A stretch of 64,000 bases of DNA from Armatimonadota bacterium (lineage in GTDB: Bacteria > Armatimonadota > UBA5829 > DTJY01). This document shows positions 18,859 through 27,771 of this stretch, piece by piece; the stretch's first letter is position 1, and the number at the start of each line of letters is the position of its first letter. The notes under the pieces are model-generated. The model was not told the origin of the DNA, did no database searches, and worked only from the letters and a program-made list of their open reading frames with translations. Position numbers and translations under genes: made by a program. The DNA lies in NCBI GenBank assembly GCA_035528905.1, contig DATKXU010000082.1:57838-121837 (forward strand), written 5' to 3'.

Positions 18859-20332
18859 TTCCAGAGCCGCAGAGCAGCTCGCGAACTACTTCACGGTCGT
18901 CGAAATGCACTGTTCGGTCTTTGAATATCTGGTAGGTCTCATGCCCTTTGCCCGCGACGAGAACCAGATCGCCTGCTCCGGCGGCGTCGAGCGCGCGCTT
19001 GATGGCTTCGAGGCGATCCACGATCGCCTCGACACTCGCTCGTTCGTCCATACCGGCAACGATCTCATTGATGATTGCCTGCGGCTCCTCACTTCGAGGA
19101 TTATCAGAGGTAACTATGCACAAATCTGCAAGATCGGAGGCTATCTTACCCATGACCGGGCGCTTCATCTTGTCTCTGTCGCCGCCGCAGCCGAACACCA
19201 GTATGAGCCGCCCGCGGGTCAGCTCCCTGGCCGATTTCAGGACGTTCTCAAGGCTGTCAGGGCTGTGCGCGTAGTCCACGATGACCGCGAAATCCTGGCC
19301 GCAGTCAACGGACTCGAATCTCCCATCCACCGCGCGTATGGACTCCAGGCCGGATTTGATCTGCTCCGCCTCGACCCCGAGTGACAAGGCTGCGCCGATC
19401 GCAGCCAGCGAGTTGTAGACGTTGAAGATCCCACCAAGGCTGAGAGCGACGTGAAACTGTCCTGCCGGACAGAGAACGAGGAATGACACGCCCTTCGCAT
19501 TGACCGATACGTTCGTACCCTGGACATCAGCAGGATTCCGGATCCCGAAGGTGAGTATGTCGCCGTAAGTGGCGCGGCAGACGCGCTCGCTCCTCGGATC
19601 GTCCGCATTGATCACCGCAGTGAACGGTTTCTTCGACGCACGGGGATAGCTATCGAATAGCATGAGCTTTGTTTCAAGATAGTCCTCTATCGAGCCGTGG
19701 AAATCCAGGTGGTCATGTGTCAGGTTGGTAAACACTCCGACGTCGTACTCGCAGCCGTCTGTTCGGTGCATCGCCAGCGCATGCGACGATACCTCCATGG
19801 CAGCCGCAGCTACCCCTTCGGATACCATGCTTGCCAGCAATCCCTGGAGTTCTACAGCCTCTGGGGTAGTACGTTCCAACGGGACGGGCGCACCGCGGAT
19901 TCGAGCGCCGAGGGTTCCTATGACGCCTGCGCTGAGGCCAGCCTGCCGCAGCACGCCTTCGATGAGATAGGTCGTCGTGGTCTTGCCTTTCGTCCCGGTG
20001 ACGCCAACGAGCTTCAATCTGCGCGATGGGTAACCGAAAAAGTGATTTGCGAGGATCGGCAGAGCCCGCCGCGTGTCAGGTACAGCGATAAGAGGCACAT
20101 CCAGGCGGAAGGCTTCGATACGCTTGGGGTCATCAGCCATCACGGCACATGCCCCGGAATGGAGCGCCTCGTCCACAAAGTCGTGGCCATCAAACTGTTG
20201 TCCGCGTGTGCTTACAAAAAGCGCCCCCGCGGTGACGCACCTGGAATCATATGCGATCGAGCTTATGTCCGGGTTTCCCGACCCGATCTGGCGCTTTTCT
20301 TCCAGCGGTTCGACTAATTCGCTTAGCAACAT
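18851..20332 (-). CDS. murE: UDP-MurNAc-L-Ala-D-Glu--2,6-diaminopimelate ligase (DNPR motif indicates meso-DAP type)
   Basis: GTKGKTTT P-loop; C-terminal DNPR motif (TSDNPRSEEP) specifies meso-DAP rather than Lys. Confidence 0.92.
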   Translation of the reverse strand: MLLSELVEPLEEKRQIGSGNPDISSIAYDSRCVTAGALFVSTRGQQFDGHDFVDEALHSGACAVMADDPKRIEAFRLDVPLIAVPDTRRALPILANHFFGYPSRRLKLVGVTGTKGKTTTTYLIEGVLRQAGLSAGVIGTLGARIRGAPVPLERTTPEAVELQGLLASMVSEGVAAAAMEVSSHALAMHRTDGCEYDVGVFTNLTHDHLDFHGSIEDYLETKLMLFDSYPRASKKPFTAVINADDPRSERVCRATYGDILTFGIRNPADVQGTNVSVNAKGVSFLVLCPAGQFHVALSLGGIFNVYNSLAAIGAALSLGVEAEQIKSGLESIRAVDGRFESVDCGQDFAVIVDYAHSPDSLENVLKSARELTRGRLILVFGCGGDRDKMKRPVMGKIASDLADLCIVTSDNPRSEEPQAIINEIVAGMDERASVEAIVDRLEAIKRALDAAGAGDLVLVAGKGHETYQIFKDRTVHFDDREVVRELLCGSGSG

Positions 20333-20522
20333 CGGCCGAGACTCCCTCCGAACGTGGACTATCAGACTACGGACAGGGGATCCAGGGAACCACTCCTACT
20401 CGTGCATCCACGTGTGGGCGAATCCACACGCGAATCCCGCAAACCCCTGCCTGAGAATTATAGCATACGAATAACCACCTGTGAATCGTGAGCGCCGAAC
20501 GCCAAGGAACCGGTCGTGGTTC

Positions 20523-22334
20523 TCAGCCTCGCATCTCGCCATGGCTGGGAGAGCCTCTCCTGCCCCCTCCCTGGTCGGTTTTCCCCGTCCCTCCGGCTAC
20601 CGGGGCTGCTTCCGAAGTCGGGTCGTCCGGCGGGACCTTCATGTGCCACATAGCCTTCCTGGCCACGCTTTGGAATACGGGCGCAGCGACCGTCGCTCCC
20701 CAGTGAATCCCCTTGGGCTCATCCACCAACACGAAGATCACCACGCGCGGATCGGAGATCGGAAGAAACCCGACGAACGATGCGACAAACTTGCCGGAAG
20801 CATACCCACGTCCCGTAGTGCTGGCCTTCTGGGCGCTGCCGGTCTTGCCGGCAACCCTGTACCCATCCACCCTCGCCGTCTTGCCTGTGCCACCGCTGAC
20901 CACCGCACACAGCATCTCGGAAACCAAGCCGGCCGTTTCCTCAGACACCACGCGCCTGACCGTGTGAGGCCCGAAAACCTTTTCGGGCCTGCCATCGGGA
21001 AATCGCATCTCTTTGACGACGTAGGGACGCATCAGCACTCCGCCATTGGCGACGGCGGCATATGCCCTGGCCATCTGCAGCGGAGTCACTGCGATGCCCT
21101 GCCCAAAAGCGATATTTGCGAGACGGACGTCCGCCCAGTCCTGCCAGCGGTCGTGCCAGCCGCACACCTCGCCGAGCAGCCCCGAGCCAGGCTTCTCGTA
21201 GAGACCGAATGCCTTCTCGTATGCGTAGAGCTTCTCCTTGCCCAGCCTGAGTCCTATGCCTGCCGCGCCCATATTGCACGAGTAGCGAAGCACTTTTGCG
21301 ACGTTGCAGGCGCCATGCCCGTTCATGAATGGCGGGTGCAGCGAGCACCTGATCGTGCGCCGACCGATGCGCATGCTCCCGCTGCAGTAGAAGGTATCGT
21401 CCAAATCAATGGCTTTCTCCTCAAGGGCAGCACATGCGGTCACCGTCTTCAGGGTTGACCCGGGCTCGTAAAGGTCCGTAACTGCGCGGTTTCGACGACT
21501 GGCCGGGTCCGATTTGCCCACCTCGTTCGGGTCGAAGGTCGGCATGTTCGCCAGCGCCAGGATCTCGCCCGTTTTCGGATCCATGACAACGGCCGACGCG
21601 CCTGCCGCGCTGTATGTGGAAAACGAATCCTCCAGATACGTCTCCAGGGCGCGCTGGATAGTGCTGTCAATCGTGAGCACCAGGTCATCGCCGTGGACTG
21701 GCTCGACGCGCTCTCTTCGCGACCCGGGGATGATCTTGCCCCTGGCATCTCTTTCCGCGATGCTGTATCCGTCGGCTCCACGCAGCTCCTTGTTGTAGCT
21801 CTTCTCCAGGCCCGCAATACCGCGGCCGTCCACGTCGGTAAACCCGATGATGTGAGACGCCAGGCCGCCACACGGGTAAACGCGCTTCATGGCGCGGAGG
21901 ACATCTATTCCAGCAAGCTTGGCCTCTTGCACCTCAGCGCCGACTTTGGCATCAATCCCGCGCAGGAGGTAGAAAGGCTTGGCCCGGCTGTCCAGCTTCG
22001 CCAGGAGTTCGCCGGTTTCCCAACCTATGAGGGGCGCCAAGCGGGCCGCCGTGGCGGCCTTATCCCTGACCGCAGCCGGACGCACGCCGATGTCGTATGC
22101 GTCTACGGTAGTCGCGAGCCTATTGCCGTTCCGATCATAGATAGTGCCGCGCCCGGCAATGAGCTTGGTCCGTGCGACGATCAATTCCTCTGCCTTGGCC
22201 TTGAAGTGAGGGGCACGAATAACTTGAATGTAGAATAAGCGGGCTGCAAGCACGAGGTAGGCTATTGCCAGCAGGTAGAACAACTTCTTGGTACGGCGCT
22301 GGACGAATTGGTCGTAAGATAGGCGACGCTTCAA
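20523..22334 (-). CDS. ftsI: Penicillin-binding protein, class B transpeptidase (FtsI/PBP3-like)
   Basis: N-terminal TM anchor, PBP dimerisation domain, STLK (SxxK) active-site motif; position between ftsL and murE. Confidence 0.9.
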   Translation of the reverse strand: MKRRLSYDQFVQRRTKKLFYLLAIAYLVLAARLFYIQVIRAPHFKAKAEELIVARTKLIAGRGTIYDRNGNRLATTVDAYDIGVRPAAVRDKAATAARLAPLIGWETGELLAKLDSRAKPFYLLRGIDAKVGAEVQEAKLAGIDVLRAMKRVYPCGGLASHIIGFTDVDGRGIAGLEKSYNKELRGADGYSIAERDARGKIIPGSRRERVEPVHGDDLVLTIDSTIQRALETYLEDSFSTYSAAGASAVVMDPKTGEILALANMPTFDPNEVGKSDPASRRNRAVTDLYEPGSTLKTVTACAALEEKAIDLDDTFYCSGSMRIGRRTIRCSLHPPFMNGHGACNVAKVLRYSCNMGAAGIGLRLGKEKLYAYEKAFGLYEKPGSGLLGEVCGWHDRWQDWADVRLANIAFGQGIAVTPLQMARAYAAVANGGVLMRPYVVKEMRFPDGRPEKVFGPHTVRRVVSEETAGLVSEMLCAVVSGGTGKTARVDGYRVAGKTGSAQKASTTGRGYASGKFVASFVGFLPISDPRVVIFVLVDEPKGIHWGATVAAPVFQSVARKAMWHMKVPPDDPTSEAAPVAGGTGKTDQGGGRRGSPSHGEMRG

Positions 22335-22455
22335 CGCTCCACCCCGAGATGAGTCATGGCCGCCGCCTGCAGGAGCCGGCTCGCAACCCTACGATGTCAT
22401 AAGCCCACTCCTCGAACGACGTAATGCGGGGGAGCCCAGGCCACTACCCCGAAGT

Positions 22456-22851
22456 CTATCTCATATCCTGGCGCTCCACATTCCGCGCTACGCGAGGTTC
22501 GCGAATGGACTTCAGATACGCCATCTTGCTTCCCTGGACCATTCCGTTCGCAAGGGCGAATCCCTCGATGTCATCGGGCTTGCGAATAGCATCCAGGTTC
22601 AGTCGCAGCGACTCGTTTTCGATACTCACCGCCCTGAGGCAGCCTAGGAGGTCGCTCTTGTGATAACCGTTCTCCGTGGCTCTGGCGTATGCGCCGACGT
22701 ATACGCTGAGCACGAAGGAGACGGCCACCGCCAATAGGAGCACGCAGGCCATGCGGCTCCGGACCAACATACGGAGAAGGCTCTTCCGCCTGCGCCCTCT
22801 GGGTCGGCGATCAATCGGAAGCAGTACCTCATGCCTCCTCTGTGCCAACAT
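22456..22851 (-). CDS. ftsL: Cell division protein FtsL / septum-formation-initiator family
   Basis: 131 aa, basic N-terminus, single TM, short coiled coil. Call relies mainly on the position between rsmH and ftsI. Confidence 0.5.
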   Translation of the reverse strand: MLAQRRHEVLLPIDRRPRGRRRKSLLRMLVRSRMACVLLLAVAVSFVLSVYVGAYARATENGYHKSDLLGCLRAVSIENESLRLNLDAIRKPDDIEGFALANGMVQGSKMAYLKSIREPRVARNVERQDMR

Positions 22852-22894
22852 CTGCCAGTCACCTCTTCCCCAACCGAAAGTGTAAACCTGTCCA

Positions 22895-23830
22895 TCAAAT
22901 CTTCTCAGCCGCCCTTAATCTGGCGCTTCTCGCCCTCGGGTTCACGCGGATTTCGTCCTCAGACGGAACCACTGGGCGCTTCGTGAGTATTCTGATTCTT
23001 CTCTCAGCTCCGCATGCGCATACCGGAAGGGCGGAAGGGCAGACACACCTTCCGGCTTGCCTTGCAAAGGTTTGCTTGACTATCCTGTCCTCCAGCGAGT
23101 GGTAGGATATGACGCACACCCTTCCAGACCGTGGCAGCAGGTGGATCGCGGCGTCCAGACCCGCCTGCAGCGATTCCAACTCACGATTCACAGCGATTCT
23201 GAACGCCTGAAACGTCCTGGTCGCCGGATGGATTGTTTCCGTCCTTGCGCCGGCTGGTATCGCCGCCAGGATGACCTCAACGAGTTCTGAGGTTGTCTCT
23301 ACGGGCCGCCGGGCGCGGCGCTCTACAATGAACTTTGCTATCCGTTTGGCCCACCGCTCCTCGCCGAACTTCCACATGAGCTCAGCGAGCCGGCGCTCAG
23401 ACAGTGAATTAACCAGCTCTCGCGCGGTGACAGTCTGCGCTGTGTCCATCCGCATATCAAGCGGAGCCTCGTACCTGAAGCTGAATCCCCTCTCGGCCGA
23501 TTCCAACTGACGAGAGGATACTCCAAGGTCGAACAAGACCCCGTCAGCCGCTTGCAAGCCAAGTCCGGCAGCGATCGCTTCCAGGTCCACAAAATTGCCT
23601 TTCTCAAGGATCACATTCTCGGAATAAGGCCCGAGGTATCGGGCCGCAGCACGCAGCGCTTCTTCGTCACGGTCAATCCCGACCAGTCTACCGCCCGGGA
23701 GGATGCGCTTCACGATCTCGAGTGCGTGGCCGCCGCCGCCCACAGTGCAGTCGATGAACGTCTGCCCGCTCTGCGGCTGCAGAGAGCTCAACACTTCCGC
23801 CACCATCACGGGCTTGTGGAACTCACGCAT
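22895..23830 (-). CDS. rsmH: 16S rRNA (cytosine1402-N4)-methyltransferase RsmH/MraW
   Basis: N-terminal HKPVMVAEVL, SAM motif DCTVGGGGH; second gene of the dcw cluster. Confidence 0.95.
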   Translation of the reverse strand: MREFHKPVMVAEVLSSLQPQSGQTFIDCTVGGGGHALEIVKRILPGGRLVGIDRDEEALRAAARYLGPYSENVILEKGNFVDLEAIAAGLGLQAADGVLFDLGVSSRQLESAERGFSFRYEAPLDMRMDTAQTVTARELVNSLSERRLAELMWKFGEERWAKRIAKFIVERRARRPVETTSELVEVILAAIPAGARTETIHPATRTFQAFRIAVNRELESLQAGLDAAIHLLPRSGRVCVISYHSLEDRIVKQTFARQAGRCVCPSALPVCACGAERRIRILTKRPVVPSEDEIRVNPRARSARLRAAEKI

Positions 23831-23842
23831 GGCGAACTCGCG

Positions 23843-24271
23843 CTATCCGATTCCAAGCTCTCGGGCAGCCTCGCCGATTGACTCGTCGGTCATCGAGGAA
23901 GTCACCTCTTCCCATTTGGGCTTGCTCCAGATCTCAATCCGATTGCCCGTCCCCACGATCGTTACTTCCTTGTCAATCGCCGCGTATTCCCTGAGGTTCA
24001 GCGGGAGAGCTATCCTGCCTTGCGCATCAGTGGTCCCATCCACCGCGTCGGCGGAGAAAAACCTTTGGAGGCGAACTGCACCCGGATCGAGCATCGGCTG
24101 TGCCTTCAGGCGCTCGTCCAGGTTGCGGAACTCCTCTTCCCGGAATACCCAGAGACACCTATGCAGGCCCTTGGTGATCACGAATTTCTCGCCCAAGAGG
24201 AGCCGAAACTTCTGAGGAATGATTATTCGGCCCTTATCGTCCAGGTTGTGCGTGAAGCCTCCACGGAACAT
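23843..24271 (-). CDS. mraZ: Transcriptional regulator MraZ
   Basis: Duplicated MraZ half-domains (MFRGGFTHNLDDKGRIIIP... and ...DAQGRIALPLNLRE). Start set at ATG 24271, preceded by GGAGG; the long upstream extension in the track ORF is not credible. Confidence 0.92.
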   Translation of the reverse strand: MFRGGFTHNLDDKGRIIIPQKFRLLLGEKFVITKGLHRCLWVFREEEFRNLDERLKAQPMLDPGAVRLQRFFSADAVDGTTDAQGRIALPLNLREYAAIDKEVTIVGTGNRIEIWSKPKWEEVTSSMTDESIGEAARELGIG

Positions 24272-24314
24272 CCCCCAGCCTCCATCGGGTCGCCCTCCGA
24301 CACCACTTGCTACC

Positions 24315-24343
24315 CTACTATACCGGCGCACTAGCAGTTTGTC
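24315..24343 (-). promoter_or_regulatory. Putative sigma70 promoter of the dcw operon (TTGACA-N17-TATAGT on the minus strand)
   Basis: On the minus strand: TTGACA at 24343..24338, 17-nt spacer, TATAGT at 24320..24315, about 45 nt upstream of the mraZ start. Confidence 0.5.
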
Positions 24344-24597
24344 AATCACTCTGCCATGACAGGCCGAAGAATTTTCCTGGAACTTTTCTGGCGGGGAGTG
24401 GCACTTCTGCAATTCCAGGACCGATACTCGCAAGCCCGCTTGCCTAGGAGTAAATAAAGGGATATGTGGGGTCATACTTGGTTGCCAGCAGAGGGTACAA
24501 CATTCCGCACGCGCGCGTCCAGGAGTGGATGCTAGCGCAAGCAAATTCACAGAATCGCCACTGGTTGGTCGTATCTCAGGGGAGAGGATTGCCGAGC

Positions 24598-25335
24598 TTA
24601 CTCCAACGGCGGAATCTCGGAAAGCAGCCTTTGGGGAGAGTAGCACTTCACATGACAGTCTGCAAACAAGACATTCGACCCGCTGACATGACGCGTGTGA
24701 GACTCGGATCCGATCGCTCCGGCCTCATATGTGCCGGCGGGCGCATTGGCGTAGGCAACATCCATCATGCCCTCCGGCGTCTGCACAAACGTGAAGCTCG
24801 AACAATCAGCCATCATCATTGCGCCGGTTGGTGCGGACAGCACGCTAACCTTGGGGCCGTACCACGTATAGCCGGACCCGCCTCCCGGGCCGCAGTGATA
24901 TGTCAACTCAAGATTGAGCCCGAAACCGAATGGCATGCCGTTGAACGTGTCAACAGTACCTACCTCCGCAGCCTTGCACCGCATCACTTCCGAGCTTTTC
25001 AAGTACCGATACAGCTGGCCGATCCAGACAACGTCCTCTGGGCCGGCGATAGTTCTGGGAGACGTTGCGCCGAAGAATCCCGACAGTTGTGAAAGATCCT
25101 GTGCGGGCATCGTCTCTTCCCAGTCCTGCTGGTACAACTGAAGCGCCATGCCGCACTGTCGCAGGTTCGATATGCAGACCGTCTGGCGTGCGACACCCCT
25201 GGCGCGGGCAAAAGTCGGGAAAAGCATGCTCGCCAGCACCATGATGATGGACATGACAACCAGAAGCTCTATCAACGTGAAACCGCACCGTTTTGCAGGT
25301 GGAGCAGTGCAGCGCAATCCAAAACGGGTCGCCAT
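24598..25335 (-). CDS. Prepilin-type N-terminal cleavage/methylation domain protein with DUF1559 (H-X9-DG) domain
   Basis: Leader then GFTLIELLVVMSII (type IV pilin-like class III signal); C-terminal HVSGSNVLFADCH matches the H-X9-DG motif. Start set at ATG 25335, preceded by GGAG. Confidence 0.85.
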   Translation of the reverse strand: MATRFGLRCTAPPAKRCGFTLIELLVVMSIIMVLASMLFPTFARARGVARQTVCISNLRQCGMALQLYQQDWEETMPAQDLSQLSGFFGATSPRTIAGPEDVVWIGQLYRYLKSSEVMRCKAAEVGTVDTFNGMPFGFGLNLELTYHCGPGGGSGYTWYGPKVSVLSAPTGAMMMADCSSFTFVQTPEGMMDVAYANAPAGTYEAGAIGSESHTRHVSGSNVLFADCHVKCYSPQRLLSEIPPLE

Positions 25336-25545
25336 AGCCCCCATCTCCGAACCAAACTCTGAGCGCATCTTCGGCACGGGCTTGAAAAGCTAACTCCAGC
25401 AACAGTGCTGCGCGCTACTCGCTGATTCATATAGTTTGACTGCCATTCACGCGAAAACGTTTCATATCCGAGCGCCAGCACTTTTCAAGACACGGCCACA
25501 AATCCCTACTAATGGAAAACGCCTGATGCATTCACGGAAGAAAAC

Positions 25546-26544
25546 CTACCCGGCCTTCGCTGCCTCTAGCGACTCAGTGACGACGGCAAACACCCCCATG
25601 CGTCGGAACTTCTGATACCGCTGCTCGACCAGCTTCTTGGGCGAGAGCTTCTCCACCGCGGCGAGGTTGCGCACGATGGCAGCCTTGACGTTCGCCGCCG
25701 CAACTTCATAGTTCCTGTGCGCACCGCCCAGCGGCTCAGGGACGATCTCATCTAACACGCCGTACTCAAGACAATGCTGCGCTGTGATCTTCATGGCCTC
25801 GGCTGCCTCTGGGGCCCTCTGGGGATCGCGTTGGAACTCGGAGAGGATCGCGGCACAGCCCTCAGGAGGAATCACCGAGTAGATCGCGTGCTCCTGCATG
25901 AGGATTCGGTCTCCGACAGCGATGCCCAGGGCGCCGCCGCTTCCTCCTTCTCCCGTCACGGCGACAATCACCGGAACCTTCAGCACCGACATCTCGCGCA
26001 TATTCCGGGCGATGGCCTCACTTATCCCGCGCTCCTCCGAGCCGAAGTTGCAGTCCGCCGCTGGAGTGTCTACGAAACTGATGATCGGGCGACCGAACTT
26101 CTCCGCCATCTTCATCAGGCGGAGGGCTTTCCGGTATCCCTCGGGCTTCGCGCATCCGAAGTTGCGGAACTGCCGCTCTTTCAGGTCGCGGCCCTTTTGC
26201 TGGCCGATGACCATAACCGGCTTCCCATCCAGGAAGCCAAACCCGCCGATGATCGCCTTGTCATCTGCGAAGAGCCTATCGCCGTGCAGCTCGACGAAAT
26301 CGTCGAAAATGGCGCGGACGTAGTCTAACGTATAGGGCCTGTTCGGATGCCTGGCCAGGAGCGTCTTGTCCCACGGAGTAAGGTTGGCGAATATCTCCGC
26401 AATAAGCCGATCTCTATGTTCCTCGAGTGCGGCTATCTCTGCACTTCGGTCTACCCCTTCCTGCTCGGAAACCTGCTTCAACTGGGCGATATTGGCATCC
26501 AGCTCGGCGATAGGTTTTTCGAAGTCAAGGACGTTAAGCGCCAT
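25546..26544 (-). CDS. accA: Acetyl-CoA carboxylase carboxyltransferase subunit alpha
   Basis: AccA signature throughout (GGARMQE-like region, FGxPxxEGY). Start at MALNVLDF overlaps the accD stop. Confidence 0.93.
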   Translation of the reverse strand: MALNVLDFEKPIAELDANIAQLKQVSEQEGVDRSAEIAALEEHRDRLIAEIFANLTPWDKTLLARHPNRPYTLDYVRAIFDDFVELHGDRLFADDKAIIGGFGFLDGKPVMVIGQQKGRDLKERQFRNFGCAKPEGYRKALRLMKMAEKFGRPIISFVDTPAADCNFGSEERGISEAIARNMREMSVLKVPVIVAVTGEGGSGGALGIAVGDRILMQEHAIYSVIPPEGCAAILSEFQRDPQRAPEAAEAMKITAQHCLEYGVLDEIVPEPLGGAHRNYEVAAANVKAAIVRNLAAVEKLSPKKLVEQRYQKFRRMGVFAVVTESLEAAKAG

Positions 26545-27419
26545 TACTGCCTCCGCGCGCCGCAATCGAGCAGCTTGATCAGAGTGTCCCTGATCTCCCT
26601 GCGGGGAAGTACCATGTCAACCATCCCATGCTCCAACTGCCATTCCGCAAGACGATATCCGGGCGGCTCCTTGAGCACCTGGGCCTGCGCTGCAACCCGC
26701 TGGCCTGCAAGGCCGATGAGCGCCCCGGGCTCAGCTATGATAACATCCGCCAACATCGCAAAACTGGCATGAACCCCAGCCATCGTAGGGTCGCCAAAGA
26801 TCGCGATGTACATCAGCCCAGCCCGGTCGAACTGCGCCGCGGCCGCGCTCGTTTTGGCCATCTGCATCAGCGAGATGATGCCCTCTTGCATGCGCGCGCC
26901 ACCAGACGTATTCACTATCAGAACGGGCAGCCTCTCATCCATGCCCCGCTCAAACGCACGGGTCACCTTCTCACCGTAGACCGATCCCATGCTGCCGCCG
27001 AGAAACCCAAAATCGGCTACCCCAATCACGACAGGCTGACCGCCGATCGCCGCGACCCCTGTGACCATGCCATCGTTCAGACCCGAAGCAGTTTTCCATT
27101 TCTCTATCTTCGACTCATATGCGGGAAAATCGAGTGGATTCACGCTGACCAGATCAGTGTCCATCTCAACGAAGCTGTCTTCGTCCACAGTGATCGCCAG
27201 GCGCTCGGCAGCCCCCAGCTTGAAGTGATAGCCGCACCTGTTGCAGACTCTTAGGTTCCTCTCAAGCTCTTTGCTGAAGAGTATCTCGCTGCACTTCGAG
27301 CACTTGGTCCAAAGCCCGTCCGGCAGGGCGTCGAGCTGTTTTCTGACGGCCTTGTTAGCAGCTTTCGATCTTCTCTTGAACCAGCCACCGGGTGACATTA
27401 CCCTACCCCATTCTGCCAA
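26544..27419 (-). CDS. accD: Acetyl-CoA carboxylase carboxyltransferase subunit beta
   Basis: N-terminal Zn-ribbon CSKCSEILF...CNRCGYH followed by the carboxyltransferase domain. Confidence 0.93.
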   Translation of the reverse strand: MAEWGRVMSPGGWFKRRSKAANKAVRKQLDALPDGLWTKCSKCSEILFSKELERNLRVCNRCGYHFKLGAAERLAITVDEDSFVEMDTDLVSVNPLDFPAYESKIEKWKTASGLNDGMVTGVAAIGGQPVVIGVADFGFLGGSMGSVYGEKVTRAFERGMDERLPVLIVNTSGGARMQEGIISLMQMAKTSAAAAQFDRAGLMYIAIFGDPTMAGVHASFAMLADVIIAEPGALIGLAGQRVAAQAQVLKEPPGYRLAEWQLEHGMVDMVLPRREIRDTLIKLLDCGARRQ

Positions 27420-27546
27420 ACGAGTTCAAAACGTGGATACAGAATACCCGATCCACCTGAAAAAAGCAAGCAGCGGGGCATCGGGCATGGGAGACTTGGC
27501 GACCGGGCGAAAGGGAGAATGGGTGAATGGGAGAAGGGGAGAACAT

Positions 27547-27592
27547 TGAACGTTCAACATCCAGTATCCAGCATCAAGCATCCAGTATCTAG
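27547..27592. repeat. Perfect palindrome TGAACGTTCA followed by two direct repeats CATCCAGTATC spaced 21 bp apart, upstream of the hppA promoter
   Basis: Read directly: tgaacgttca(27547-27556) acatccagtatccagcatcaagcatccagtatctag. Confidence 0.5.
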
Positions 27593-27645
27593 AATCACGC
27601 GGGACGATCCGCACACGGTACGCGGGCTGCCTTACGAGGCATTGG

Positions 27646-27674
27646 TTGACATCGGGGAAGCAGGCCACTATAAT
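27646..27674 (+). promoter_or_regulatory. Consensus sigma70 promoter (TTGACA-N17-TATAAT) for hppA
   Basis: TTGACA at 27646-27651, 17-nt spacer, TATAAT at 27669-27674; leaves a ~90-nt leader with a small hairpin (ccggcg...cgccgg) before the start at 27772. Confidence 0.6.
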
Positions 27675-27771
27675 CGGAAGGGTTTTTCGGGTAATCTGAA
27701 TCCGGCGGTTCTCTCGCCGGAACAGGTTGAACACAGCCTGATTACTCGTTCAGAAGGGAGAATTGTGAATC

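Noticed and set aside
20333-20522. CACGTG-centred near-palindrome (CCACGTGTGG) in the 190-bp murE-ftsI spacer as a regulatory site
   Set aside because: Only a 6-bp true palindrome with no flanking symmetry or repetition; too short to distinguish from chance.
24272-24597. MraZ-box direct repeats (GTGGG x3 spaced 10 bp apart) in the mraZ promoter region
   Set aside because: A good TTGACA-N17-TATAGT promoter is present, but I could not find a convincing triplet of phased GTGGG repeats. Only isolated GTGGTG / GGAGGG were seen.
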